A stretch of DNA of 64,000 nt from SAR86 cluster bacterium AG-422-E19 (GTDB lineage: Bacteria; Pseudomonadota; Gammaproteobacteria; Magnimaribacterales; AG-339-G14): contig QCMR01000002.1 in assembly GCA_003213595.1 (NCBI GenBank), forward strand, positions 128,015-192,014, written 5' to 3'. Positions 42,586 through 50,590 of the stretch are shown in pieces. Position 1 is the stretch's first letter. The number at the start of each line of letters is the position of its first letter. The notes beneath the pieces are model-generated. The model did not search any database, was not told the origin of the DNA, and saw only the letters and a program-made list of their open reading frames with translations. The translations under genes and the position numbers were made by a program.

Positions 42586-44028
42586 ATGATAAATAAATTA
42601 TATTTATTACTTATTACATTGTTACTTTCTTCATATTTTTATTCAATTGTTGAAGAAGATCCTCTCCCTACTCTAGGTGATTACTCATCTGCTTCAATAT
42701 CTTTATCAGGAGAATATCAATTGGGAAGGCTGTGGCTTGCAATGTATAGAGGATCTACAAAAGAACATTCAGATCCATTAATGAGGACCTATTTGGAAGA
42801 TTTAATATATCGTCTTTCTGAAACAAGCGAAGTAAGGGATAGGAGATTTGAATTTATCATACTGGAAGATAAATCTATTAATGCTTTTGCAGCTCCTGGA
42901 GGAATAATTGGTATAAATCTAGGTATGTTTCTAAACACCAAACGAGAAGGTGAGCTTGCATCAGTGATGTGTCATGAGTTGGCTCATTTAAGTCAAAGGC
43001 ACTATGCAAGGTCTCAAAATAGAAGTTCTCCTTTGGCAAATGCGCTAATGATTTTAGGAAGCATTGCAGTTGCAGCTGCATCTAGGAATCCAGAAGCAAT
43101 AATGATTGCTCCAGCAGCAATGCAACAGATGTCAATTAACTATACGAGAAGTAATGAAAAAGAAGCAGACAGAATAGGTTTTAATAATTTGGTAAAAGCG
43201 GGATTTGATCCAAACGATATGACAATGATGTTTCAAAGAATGCAAGATAAATATCAGAGAGAAGACTCTGAACAATTCTCTTATCTTATGACCCATCCTT
43301 TACCTAGTGAAAGATTAACAGATATGAGAATTAGAGCTGATAATATATCGAAGCCATCTGAAGGATCATTTAGAGATAATCTTGATTTTTATTTTATGCA
43401 AAAAAGATCTGAAATATGGGCAGAGAAAGATACAAAAGAACTGATAAAAAAATACAAAAAGGATTTAGAATCTGATCAAAGAAATGTTTCTCTTTCAAGC
43501 AAATATGGCTTGGCTTTAGCATTGAAAAAAGAAAAAAATTATGAAGAAAGCTTTAAAATTTTAAGAGAACTCATTAAAGAAAGCCCAAATAACCTTGTAT
43601 TAGAATCTAGCCTCATGGAGATTCATTTATCGGCAAAAAACTACTATGAAGCTATTTCACTTGGAAAAAATATTTTAGAAATTCATAATAACAATTATGC
43701 TGCATCCATTCTACTAGCTGATGCCTATATTGAAAATAATCAATCGGATGTAGCTGAAAAAATTCTTAAAGAGTTAGCAAAAAATAGAGAAACGGATCCT
43801 AATGTATGGTTCAGGCTTGCTGAGGCACAGGGTTTATCAGGCAATATTCTTGAATTGCATAGATCAAGGGCTGAATATTTCATCCTAACAGGTAAGCATG
43901 ATGCAGCAGTTTTCCAACTAAAAGAAGCATTGTCTTTATCACAAAATCTTTTTGAAGTAAGAGAGAGTATAATTAGACGCTTAGAAGAGATTTTTGCTGC
44001 AAAAAAAGCTTTGACAGAATTATCTTAA
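42586..44028 (+). CDS. bepA: Periplasmic M48 metalloprotease with TPR domain (BepA/YfgC-like)
   Basis: Signal peptide, zinc motif HELAHLSQRH with a downstream E(KEADR), and a C-terminal TPR-like helical repeat region. Confidence 0.8.
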   Translation: MINKLYLLLITLLLSSYFYSIVEEDPLPTLGDYSSASISLSGEYQLGRLWLAMYRGSTKEHSDPLMRTYLEDLIYRLSETSEVRDRRFEFIILEDKSINAFAAPGGIIGINLGMFLNTKREGELASVMCHELAHLSQRHYARSQNRSSPLANALMILGSIAVAAASRNPEAIMIAPAAMQQMSINYTRSNEKEADRIGFNNLVKAGFDPNDMTMMFQRMQDKYQREDSEQFSYLMTHPLPSERLTDMRIRADNISKPSEGSFRDNLDFYFMQKRSEIWAEKDTKELIKKYKKDLESDQRNVSLSSKYGLALALKKEKNYEESFKILRELIKESPNNLVLESSLMEIHLSAKNYYEAISLGKNILEIHNNNYAASILLADAYIENNQSDVAEKILKELAKNRETDPNVWFRLAEAQGLSGNILELHRSRAEYFILTGKHDAAVFQLKEALSLSQNLFEVRESIIRRLEEIFAAKKALTELS

Positions 44029-44378
44029 CCTGGAAATAGATCAGTAAAATTTTTTCCAGCTAAAAGATGTATGTGGAGATGAAAAACTGTTTGCCCAGCT
44101 TTTTCACCATTGTTTATGACTATATTGAATGCATCTTGTACACCCAATTGTTCAGCAACTTTTTTAACTACCATCATTAAGTGCCCTAATAAAACTTCAT
44201 CGGCTTTTTTAGCTTCTGAAAGCTTTGGAATTGATTTTTTTGGAATTATCAGAATATGAATTGGGGCCTTTGGAGCAATATCTTCAATTGCAATACATTT
44301 ATCGTCCTCGTAAACAATATTCGAAGGAAGCTCTCTATCAATAATTTTTTCAAAAATTGTTTTAGTCATCTTAAGCAA
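44025..44378 (-). CDS. hinT: HIT-family purine nucleoside phosphoramidase (HinT-like)
   Basis: 117 aa. Histidine triad HLHIHLL. N-terminal CIFCKI-like region reduced to TIFEKII. Confidence 0.9.
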   Translation of the reverse strand: MLKMTKTIFEKIIDRELPSNIVYEDDKCIAIEDIAPKAPIHILIIPKKSIPKLSEAKKADEVLLGHLMMVVKKVAEQLGVQDAFNIVINNGEKAGQTVFHLHIHLLAGKNFTDLFPG

Positions 44379-44727
44379 ACATCTTATATCCGATAAAAGT
44401 TGAGAGTAAACAGAAAGATGTAATTATTAGAGCTATAAGATATGCCATAAAAATTCCACTTGTGGTTGAAAATAATAATACTTCTTTAGTAAAGGCTGAA
44501 AAAGTTGTGAAAGAACCTAAAAAACCAATAATTAATAATGGGCTGAAGAGCTCTTTATTTGAAAGGTTTATAGCTAAAAAAATTCCAATAAAGAAACAGC
44601 CTATTAAGTTTACGGTAAACGTTCCTAAAGGGAACCCTAAGAAAACTAATTTTGAAAGAAGTGAGCTTAAAAGGAATCTTGAAATTGCCCCAAAAAAAGC
44701 TCCAACTCCAATTAAAAGATAAATCAT
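44371..44727 (-). CDS. crcB: Fluoride ion channel CrcB (Fluc)
   Basis: 118 aa with 4 TM helices. G.GA..R N-terminus and the GFLGSFTTFS(A)F signature. Confidence 0.88.
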   Translation of the reverse strand: MIYLLIGVGAFFGAISRFLLSSLLSKLVFLGFPLGTFTVNLIGCFFIGIFLAINLSNKELFSPLLIIGFLGSFTTFSAFTKEVLLFSTTSGIFMAYLIALIITSFCLLSTFIGYKMFA

Positions 44728-44733
44728 AACTCT

Positions 44734-44809
44734 TGGTGGGTCGTATAGGATTCGAACCTATGACCAATTGATTAAAAGCCAACTGCTCTACCAACTGAGC
44801 TAACGACCC
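44734..44809 (-). tRNA. tRNA-Lys (anticodon UUU), CCA encoded
   Basis: Minus strand reads GGGTCGTTAGCTCAGTTGGTAGAGCAGTTGGCTTTTAATCAATTGGTCATAGGTTCGAATCCTATACGACCCACCA. It folds as a 7/4/5/5 cloverleaf with anticodon loop CTTTTAA, and is near-identical to E. coli tRNA-Lys as I recall it. Confidence 0.96.
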
Positions 44810-44829
44810 AAAAAGAATGGATTATACCC

Positions 44830-45531
44830 TCATTGAGAATTTAATTTAATTAAATCTTGTTCTGCAAGTAAAGCAGCTCCAGAGTTTGGATAATTACTTA
44901 TAACTTCTTGTAAGAGTGTCTCAGCTGATTCCAATTCTTCTAAATTAACTTTGGCAAGAGCAAGTTTGTACAGGCCGTCTGCTGATCTAGGATGATCATC
45001 AAACTTTGCTACGAAGGCATTCAAAACTTCAGAGGAATCTTCAAACATTTCTTGGACTAAATATATTTCACCAAGCCAAAAATAAGCATCGCCTGTATAG
45101 GTTCCGTTTGGATAAGATAGAATCAAGAGTCTCAAGTTTTCTGCTGCTTCTGAATATCTAGAATTATCAAGCAGCTTCATAGAATTTGACCAAAGGCCAA
45201 ATTCTCCTGTGTCGATATCTTCTTCTACAAGACCCGACAAAGGATTTATAGACTGTTCTGAAGATTCTTCGGCTTGTGTTTCTTCAAATAATAACTTTGT
45301 CTCTAAAAGATGAATTCTTTTATCTAGATCAACGTATCTAATTTGGTTTGCTTCTTCCAACCTGGAAATGGTTAAGTTATTTGTTTCTATTGAGGCCGTA
45401 AGAGATTCTATTTCTTTTTTTAAAAGATTTATTTTTTCAAGAAGAAGTTCTATGGATTCATTATTTTGCAAAACTGCAAAACTAGAAAAACCCAAAAAAA
45501 CAAAAAAGAGAAAGCTTTTTAGAATTTTCAA
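44830..45531 (-). CDS. cpoB: Tol-Pal system protein CpoB (YbgF)
   Basis: Signal peptide, N-terminal coiled coil, C-terminal TPR repeats. Immediately downstream of pal. Confidence 0.8.
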   Translation of the reverse strand: MKILKSFLFFVFLGFSSFAVLQNNESIELLLEKINLLKKEIESLTASIETNNLTISRLEEANQIRYVDLDKRIHLLETKLLFEETQAEESSEQSINPLSGLVEEDIDTGEFGLWSNSMKLLDNSRYSEAAENLRLLILSYPNGTYTGDAYFWLGEIYLVQEMFEDSSEVLNAFVAKFDDHPRSADGLYKLALAKVNLEELESAETLLQEVISNYPNSGAALLAEQDLIKLNSQ

Positions 45532-45532
45532 T

Positions 45533-46036
45533 CTAGTAAAGAGAGATTTCTACCCTTCTATTTTCAGCCCAAGCTTTTTCGTTAGATGCGCTTTTAAGGG
45601 GTTTTTCTTCACCAAAACTAACTACCCTAATTTTTTTACCAGACACTCCTTTTACTACAAGAAAGTCTCTCACCTCAAGCGCTCTTCTTTCCCCAAGTGC
45701 TAAGTTATATTCTCTAGTTCCTCTTTCGTCACAATGGCCTTCTAATCGAACTATTTTTGCCTTTTTGATCTCAGGTAAATACTGCTCAAGTAAGTTTTTG
45801 TCTTCCGCATCCAAAGCAGATTTATCAAAGTCAAAATAAACTTTGTCATCTAGATTGGTTTCAAGCTTATCTCCTTGAAGATACTCTTCTCCAGCTACAG
45901 AGGCATATTGCATTCGCTCAACTGAATCAGACACATTCGCTGCACAAGAATAAACTTGGCAAAGCATAGCTAAAATAAAAATTCCAATTGGTTCCATAAA
46001 TAGTCTCCTCATAAAAAGCTCCTTAGAGGGCTGCAA
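45533..46036 (-). CDS. pal: Peptidoglycan-associated lipoprotein Pal
   Basis: Lipobox-like (VYSC) N-terminus and an OmpA-like domain, LEGHCDERGTREYNLALGERRA. Confidence 0.92.
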   Translation of the reverse strand: MQPSKELFMRRLFMEPIGIFILAMLCQVYSCAANVSDSVERMQYASVAGEEYLQGDKLETNLDDKVYFDFDKSALDAEDKNLLEQYLPEIKKAKIVRLEGHCDERGTREYNLALGERRALEVRDFLVVKGVSGKKIRVVSFGEEKPLKSASNEKAWAENRRVEISLY

Positions 46037-46081
46037 TTATAATACTTTTCTCTTAGACAAGAAATTTTATATTAAGTTTGT

Positions 46082-47365
46082 TTAATTTAATAATGGTGAC
46101 CAAGCTGGTTCCCTTACAGATCCATTTTTAACTGGTAATGAGAATCTAGCTTTTCCATCTAAGGTAATACCTCCTAAATAACCATTTGATCCATCTTTTG
46201 TTGCATAGATGATGATATTTCCATTTGGAGAAATAGTTGGTGATTCATCTAATGAAGTTGAAGTTAAAGTCTCAATGTATCTACTAGAGAGTTTTTTTAT
46301 TGCAATTTGAAAATTTCCATTATTTCCATGAACAAAGAATATAGATTTTCCGTCGGGAAAATATCTTCCTCTAGCATTGTAATTTCCATCTCTAGTAAGT
46401 CTTTTTTTTCTTTTAGATTTTGTACTGATTTCGTAAAGCTGCGGAGAACCAGATCTATCAGACGTAAAAATAATTTTTTTTGAATCTGGGGACCAGGAAG
46501 GCTCAGTATCAATACCATAATGATTTGTAAGCCTTACCAATCTTTTGTTTCTGATGGAATATAAGAAAATGTCTGGATTCCCTGAAAAAGAAACAACCAA
46601 AGCTAGGCTTTTTCCGTCTGGAGACCATACTGGAGCACTATTTGTCATTCCTAGAGCCTGAATAGAATCTCGTTCTCCAGATTGTAAGTCCTGAATAAAA
46701 ATTTCAGCCAAACCATTTTCAAATGATACGTAAGCAATTTTTTTTCTATCAGGAGACCAATCAGGAGACATTATTGGCGCTTTAGAGGTAAAAAGAATTT
46801 GTTCATTTTTGCCATCGATATCTGAAATGCACATTTGATAAGTATCGGCGTCTGAATTAATAACATATGCCAGTTTCGTATCAAATATTCCTCTCAAACC
46901 TGTGATTTGTTCATAGATTCTATTACTGATAATTTTTGAGATATCCTCGATATTATCTTCACTGCCAACGATTTCGCCTTCTAAAATCTTAATTCTTCTA
47001 TTTATATTGAATAAAGAATACGAAATATTAAGATTTCCTAAAGCGTTAACAGAATTTACTTTTCCAATTACAGAATAATCCACTCCGAGCACTTTCCAAT
47101 CCCTATAATAAAAATCATTTTCCGAGGATGGATAAGAAAGCATTTCATTCACAGCTAGATTTTCAAATTCGCCAAATAAAAGCATATTCTTTTCAATATT
47201 TTTAGATATCTGACTGCCATAATTTTCTTCAATACCGCTCTCATTGCCAAAGGGAACAAACGCAACTTTTGATAAATTATCACTGCCCTTTAAGATCTCT
47301 ATTTCTAAAATAGAAAAAATAGTGTTTGAAACTAAAATAAATAATATAGACAAAAACCTAATCAC
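46082..47365 (-). CDS. tolB: Tol-Pal system beta-propeller protein TolB
   Basis: 427 aa. Repeated WSPDG/SPDxKKI blades and an N-terminal TolB domain. Confidence 0.96.
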   Translation of the reverse strand: MIRFLSILFILVSNTIFSILEIEILKGSDNLSKVAFVPFGNESGIEENYGSQISKNIEKNMLLFGEFENLAVNEMLSYPSSENDFYYRDWKVLGVDYSVIGKVNSVNALGNLNISYSLFNINRRIKILEGEIVGSEDNIEDISKIISNRIYEQITGLRGIFDTKLAYVINSDADTYQMCISDIDGKNEQILFTSKAPIMSPDWSPDRKKIAYVSFENGLAEIFIQDLQSGERDSIQALGMTNSAPVWSPDGKSLALVVSFSGNPDIFLYSIRNKRLVRLTNHYGIDTEPSWSPDSKKIIFTSDRSGSPQLYEISTKSKRKKRLTRDGNYNARGRYFPDGKSIFFVHGNNGNFQIAIKKLSSRYIETLTSTSLDESPTISPNGNIIIYATKDGSNGYLGGITLDGKARFSLPVKNGSVREPAWSPLLN

Positions 47366-47988
47366 TCTATCTCACCAGATGATTTAAAAACTAAATTAAA
47401 ATTTCTAAAATTTTTTTCAAAAAGTTTTCTCTCAAGGGATAAAACTTCTTCAAAAAAAGTCATTTTATTCATAGCAGTCAAAATTGATTCATTGAAAGAA
47501 GTATTTGAACTTGGCTCTATTAAGCTAAAATTTAATATCTCACCAGAAGGGGCAAGGTTAATTAAAACCTTTGCAATCAATGATTCGCTTAAAGAATTTG
47601 GCTTTATCCAAATTGAGGAAATTCTTTGTTGGATAATTGCCGAAACTCTTAAGATATCTTCCCTCTCCTTCGAAAGTTTAATTTTAGTAATTTCATTTTT
47701 TATATCTAATTTATTTATTTTGAATTTTGAAATAATTGAAGTTTCATCAGCGTTTGTTTTTTCATTAATAGCAGAGGTTTTTTTTGCTTCTTTTTTAATT
47801 AAGGTATTTGCCGCAGGAGGATCGAATAATATGTCATTTTGTTGAATTAATTCATAAAAATTTACTTTGATTGATTGTGTCTCATCAATATTGAGTTTTG
47901 GGAAAGAAAACATAGAAAAAATCAAAGATAAAAATAAAAGAATCAAAAAAAAAGTATTTAAACTTGTTAAAACCTTATTCATTCTCAA
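47362..47988 (-). CDS. tolA: TolA-like protein (short form)
   Basis: 208 aa with one N-terminal TM helix, a Lys/Glu-rich linker and a small C-terminal domain. Called mainly from its position between tolR and tolB. Confidence 0.6.
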   Translation of the reverse strand: MRMNKVLTSLNTFFLILLFLSLIFSMFSFPKLNIDETQSIKVNFYELIQQNDILFDPPAANTLIKKEAKKTSAINEKTNADETSIISKFKINKLDIKNEITKIKLSKEREDILRVSAIIQQRISSIWIKPNSLSESLIAKVLINLAPSGEILNFSLIEPSSNTSFNESILTAMNKMTFFEEVLSLERKLFEKNFRNFNLVFKSSGEIE

Positions 47989-48406
47989 TGGGTTCAGTTA
48001 TGAGATTGATTGAATCTGTTTTAAATTTTTTGATCAAAGACATTGTTCTTACAACGTTGTCATAAAGCGTTTCCTTATCTGCTCTCAGAAATATCTCAAC
48101 TTTTGGATTATTTTTTAAAATTTTTTCAAACTGTTCAGCAAATGACTGAAAACTTTTGTAAATTTCATTTTTTTCACCTAAATCAAAAGAGTAAAAACCC
48201 TCTTTGCTGATTGAAATAGTTAGATTTTCTTCTTTGGATTTATTTAGAGCTTGTGCTTCGGTTTTTGGCAAATCTAGATCAATTCCTTGAATCATAAATG
48301 GTGTTGCAACCATAAAGATAACCAGCAAAACTAATGAGATATCCACATATGGAATAACGTTAATTTCTGTTAAAAGTTTTCTATTTTTTAGTCGTCTTTT
48401 GGACAT
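47975..48406 (-). CDS. tolR: Tol-Pal system protein TolR (ExbD family)
   Basis: 143 aa. INVIPYVDISLVLLVIFM TM segment with the conserved Asp. Confidence 0.88.
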   Translation of the reverse strand: MSKRRLKNRKLLTEINVIPYVDISLVLLVIFMVATPFMIQGIDLDLPKTEAQALNKSKEENLTISISKEGFYSFDLGEKNEIYKSFQSFAEQFEKILKNNPKVEIFLRADKETLYDNVVRTMSLIKKFKTDSINLITEPIENE

Positions 48407-49052
48407 TGAGTTCTTGGTAAGTTATTAAAAGTTCAGATGTAAAGTTTTCGTAACTTTTAATAATAATATCAATTGTCTTAACACTCCAATTATAAGAAAT
48501 AAGAGCAGGAATAGCTGCAAAGAGACCCAAGGCAGTAGCTACCAGAGCTTCAGATATTCCTGGAGCAACAGCATTTATTGATACTTGAGAAAGTTGTGCC
48601 AAACCGCTAAAAGCATTCATAACTCCCCAGACAGTTCCAAATAGGCCTATAAATGGGCTTACAGACGCTACAGTAGACAGGAGAGATAAACCTTCTTCCA
48701 ATCGTTCTTCTTGCCTGTTTATTATTATTTCCGTTGACTTATTGATGCGGTCTTCAGCTTTTTCAAACTTTTCTGCCTTTAAAAATTCTTCATGAGAAAT
48801 AACAAAAATTTGAGATAGCCCAAAATTATCTTCTTTACGATTGAGTTCATTAAAAATTTTTTCAATATTTTTAGAATCCCAGAAATCGGTTTCAAATTCA
48901 TAAATATCCTTTCTTGCTCTGCTTAAGGTGAGCCATTTATCAAAAATAAACCACCAGGAAGTTCCAGCTAAAATAAACAAAATAATCATCACCAGTTGAA
49001 CAACTAAACTTGCTCCTAAAAATAAATCTATAAAACTTAATTCAGCTTGCAT
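48381..49052 (-). CDS. tolQ: Tol-Pal system protein TolQ (MotA/ExbB family)
   Basis: 223 aa with 3 TM helices and the conserved PFIGLFGTVWG...ALVATALGL region. Confidence 0.92.
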   Translation of the reverse strand: MQAELSFIDLFLGASLVVQLVMIILFILAGTSWWFIFDKWLTLSRARKDIYEFETDFWDSKNIEKIFNELNRKEDNFGLSQIFVISHEEFLKAEKFEKAEDRINKSTEIIINRQEERLEEGLSLLSTVASVSPFIGLFGTVWGVMNAFSGLAQLSQVSINAVAPGISEALVATALGLFAAIPALISYNWSVKTIDIIIKSYENFTSELLITYQELNVQKTTKK

Positions 49053-49449
49053 TTTTTTTATCCAACATCCTTTTTCTTAGATCCTCTGGGAGAGCAGTGG
49101 GTTTTTTGGTTTTAAGATCAACACAGCCGCATAATACATTAGCTTCACACATTATTTCTGAATTTATAACAACTCTTTGTTTAAAACTAAAACTAGCTTT
49201 CTTTAATTCCGAAAGAGAAGATTCTATTTTTATTAATTGATCTAACAGGACAGGTTTTTTGTAATGAATGTCTAATTTATTGACTATGAAAATAGTATTT
49301 TTGGCTAATAGTTCCTTTTGCAGGTAACCACACTTTCTTAGAAATTCAGTTCTAGCCCTTTCAAAATATTTAAGATAATTAGCGTAAAAAACTACACCTT
49401 GTGCATCTGTATCTTCATAGTAAATTCTTAGCTCTAAGGTATCTGACAT
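49042..49449 (-). CDS. ybgC: Tol-Pal-associated acyl-CoA thioesterase YbgC (4HBT fold)
   Basis: 135 aa. IYYEDTDAQGVVFYANYLKYFERART hot-dog motif. Upstream of tolQ. Confidence 0.88.
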   Translation of the reverse strand: MSDTLELRIYYEDTDAQGVVFYANYLKYFERARTEFLRKCGYLQKELLAKNTIFIVNKLDIHYKKPVLLDQLIKIESSLSELKKASFSFKQRVVINSEIMCEANVLCGCVDLKTKKPTALPEDLRKRMLDKKNAS

Positions 49450-49856
49450 TAAAGATGGCTTTTTATATCTTCTTCAAAGAGAGATTTAAGTAAAACTATG
49501 AAGCTCTCTAAAGAAAAATCACACGTATTATTAAAATTTTTAGGAAGATTATCGTTCACAGTATGGAGTGGAACTCTCACCTTGATAGGTCTGTGATTGA
49601 ATTTATAGATCAAAGCTGGATTACTGCCTTCTGGAGTTGCAGCAATCACTTGATCCCACCAGCCTTCAAGAGGTTCTGCGCCTTGCCCATATCGTTTGCA
49701 TTCTATGTACCAATTACCAAGGATAAGATCCGGAAGATGTTTTTCTCGAGTTTGTTCTAATATTCTTTTTAAAGGTTTTTTTAATTCCAGAGAATCGTTC
49801 AAAGCATTTGCAATTTCTCTTTCAAATGATGCTCCCTTATTTCTAGAATTCGTCAT
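49449..49856 (-). CDS. Uncharacterised PD-(D/E)XK nuclease-fold protein, Hjc / T7 endonuclease I-like (candidate junction resolvase)
   Basis: 135 aa. N-terminal NKGASFEREIANAL, then HLPDLILGNWYIECKR (PD...E.K). The spacing and order are like archaeal Hjc (KG..AERE ... VDLVAG ... IEVK) and T7 endo I (TPDFLLPNG..VETK) as I recall them. TAATG overlaps join it to both yebC and ybgC. The family assignment comes from motifs only. Confidence 0.5.
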   Translation of the reverse strand: MTNSRNKGASFEREIANALNDSLELKKPLKRILEQTREKHLPDLILGNWYIECKRYGQGAEPLEGWWDQVIAATPEGSNPALIYKFNHRPIKVRVPLHTVNDNLPKNFNNTCDFSLESFIVLLKSLFEEDIKSHL

Positions 49857-50590
49857 TAAGCAAAGCTCCCTTCAGAAAATTCAGCATTGGAATGAACATT
49901 TTGCACATCATCCAGATCTTCAAGACTTTCCAAAAGATTGATGACTTTTTCAGAAGCCTCATCATCAAGCTCAACGCTATTTGATGCTTTCATAATCAAC
50001 TCGTATTGGTTGATTTTGATTTCATTCTCTTCTAGAACATTTTTAAGATTATGAAATTCTTCGGCTTCAACAGAGATGATGAGATTATCTTCGTCACCCT
50101 GTTCTACTTCATCTGCACCATTGGATACAGAAACATCAAATATTTTTTCCTCATCAGTATTTTCAACGACTATCTGGCCAACTTTGGTAAATAAATATGC
50201 TACAGATCCATCAGTACCTAAACTTCCTCCGTATTTGGAAAAAGCATGTCTAACTTCAGCAACTGTTCTGTTTTTATTGTCAGTCAAAGTTTCAACTATA
50301 ATGGCAACCCCATTAGGGCCATAGCCTTCATAAATTGTTTCTTCTAAATTTTCTGCTTCCTGATCTCCAGAACCTCTTGCTATTGCTCTTTCAATTGTAT
50401 CTTTTGGCATATTGGCCCCAAGGGCTTTATCTAGAGCTAGTCTTAATCTTGGATTATCTCCAGGTTCAGGTCCTCCTAATTTTGCAGCAACGGTAAGCTC
50501 TCTTATAAGTTTCGAGAAAACTTTTTGTCTTTTTTCATCTTGACGACCTTTGCGATGTTTTATGTTGGCCCACTTAGAATGTCCCGCCAC
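49856..50590 (-). CDS. yebC: YebC/PmpR-family transcriptional regulator/translation factor
   Basis: 244 aa with a GTG start. (M)AGHSKWANIKHRKG...NPRLR signature. Confidence 0.96.
   Translation of the reverse strand: MAGHSKWANIKHRKGRQDEKRQKVFSKLIRELTVAAKLGGPEPGDNPRLRLALDKALGANMPKDTIERAIARGSGDQEAENLEETIYEGYGPNGVAIIVETLTDNKNRTVAEVRHAFSKYGGSLGTDGSVAYLFTKVGQIVVENTDEEKIFDVSVSNGADEVEQGDEDNLIISVEAEEFHNLKNVLEENEIKINQYELIMKASNSVELDDEASEKVINLLESLEDLDDVQNVHSNAEFSEGSFA

Noticed and set aside
44555-44794. 79-aa minus-strand ORF spanning the tRNA-Lys gene and the 5' part of crcB.
   Set aside because: It reads through a canonical tRNA and overlaps crcB in another frame. It has no protein-like features.
44734-44809. 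tRNA-Lys as a possible genomic-island integration site. In Pseudomonas the tRNA-Lys after ybgF is a classic island hotspot, and an integrase-like fragment exists at 33488.
   Set aside because: The tRNA is flanked directly by core genes (ybgF, crcB). No integrase, direct repeat of the tRNA 3' end or accessory cargo is adjacent. The integrase-like fragment is 11 kb away, with dapA, purC, bamC and other core genes in between.
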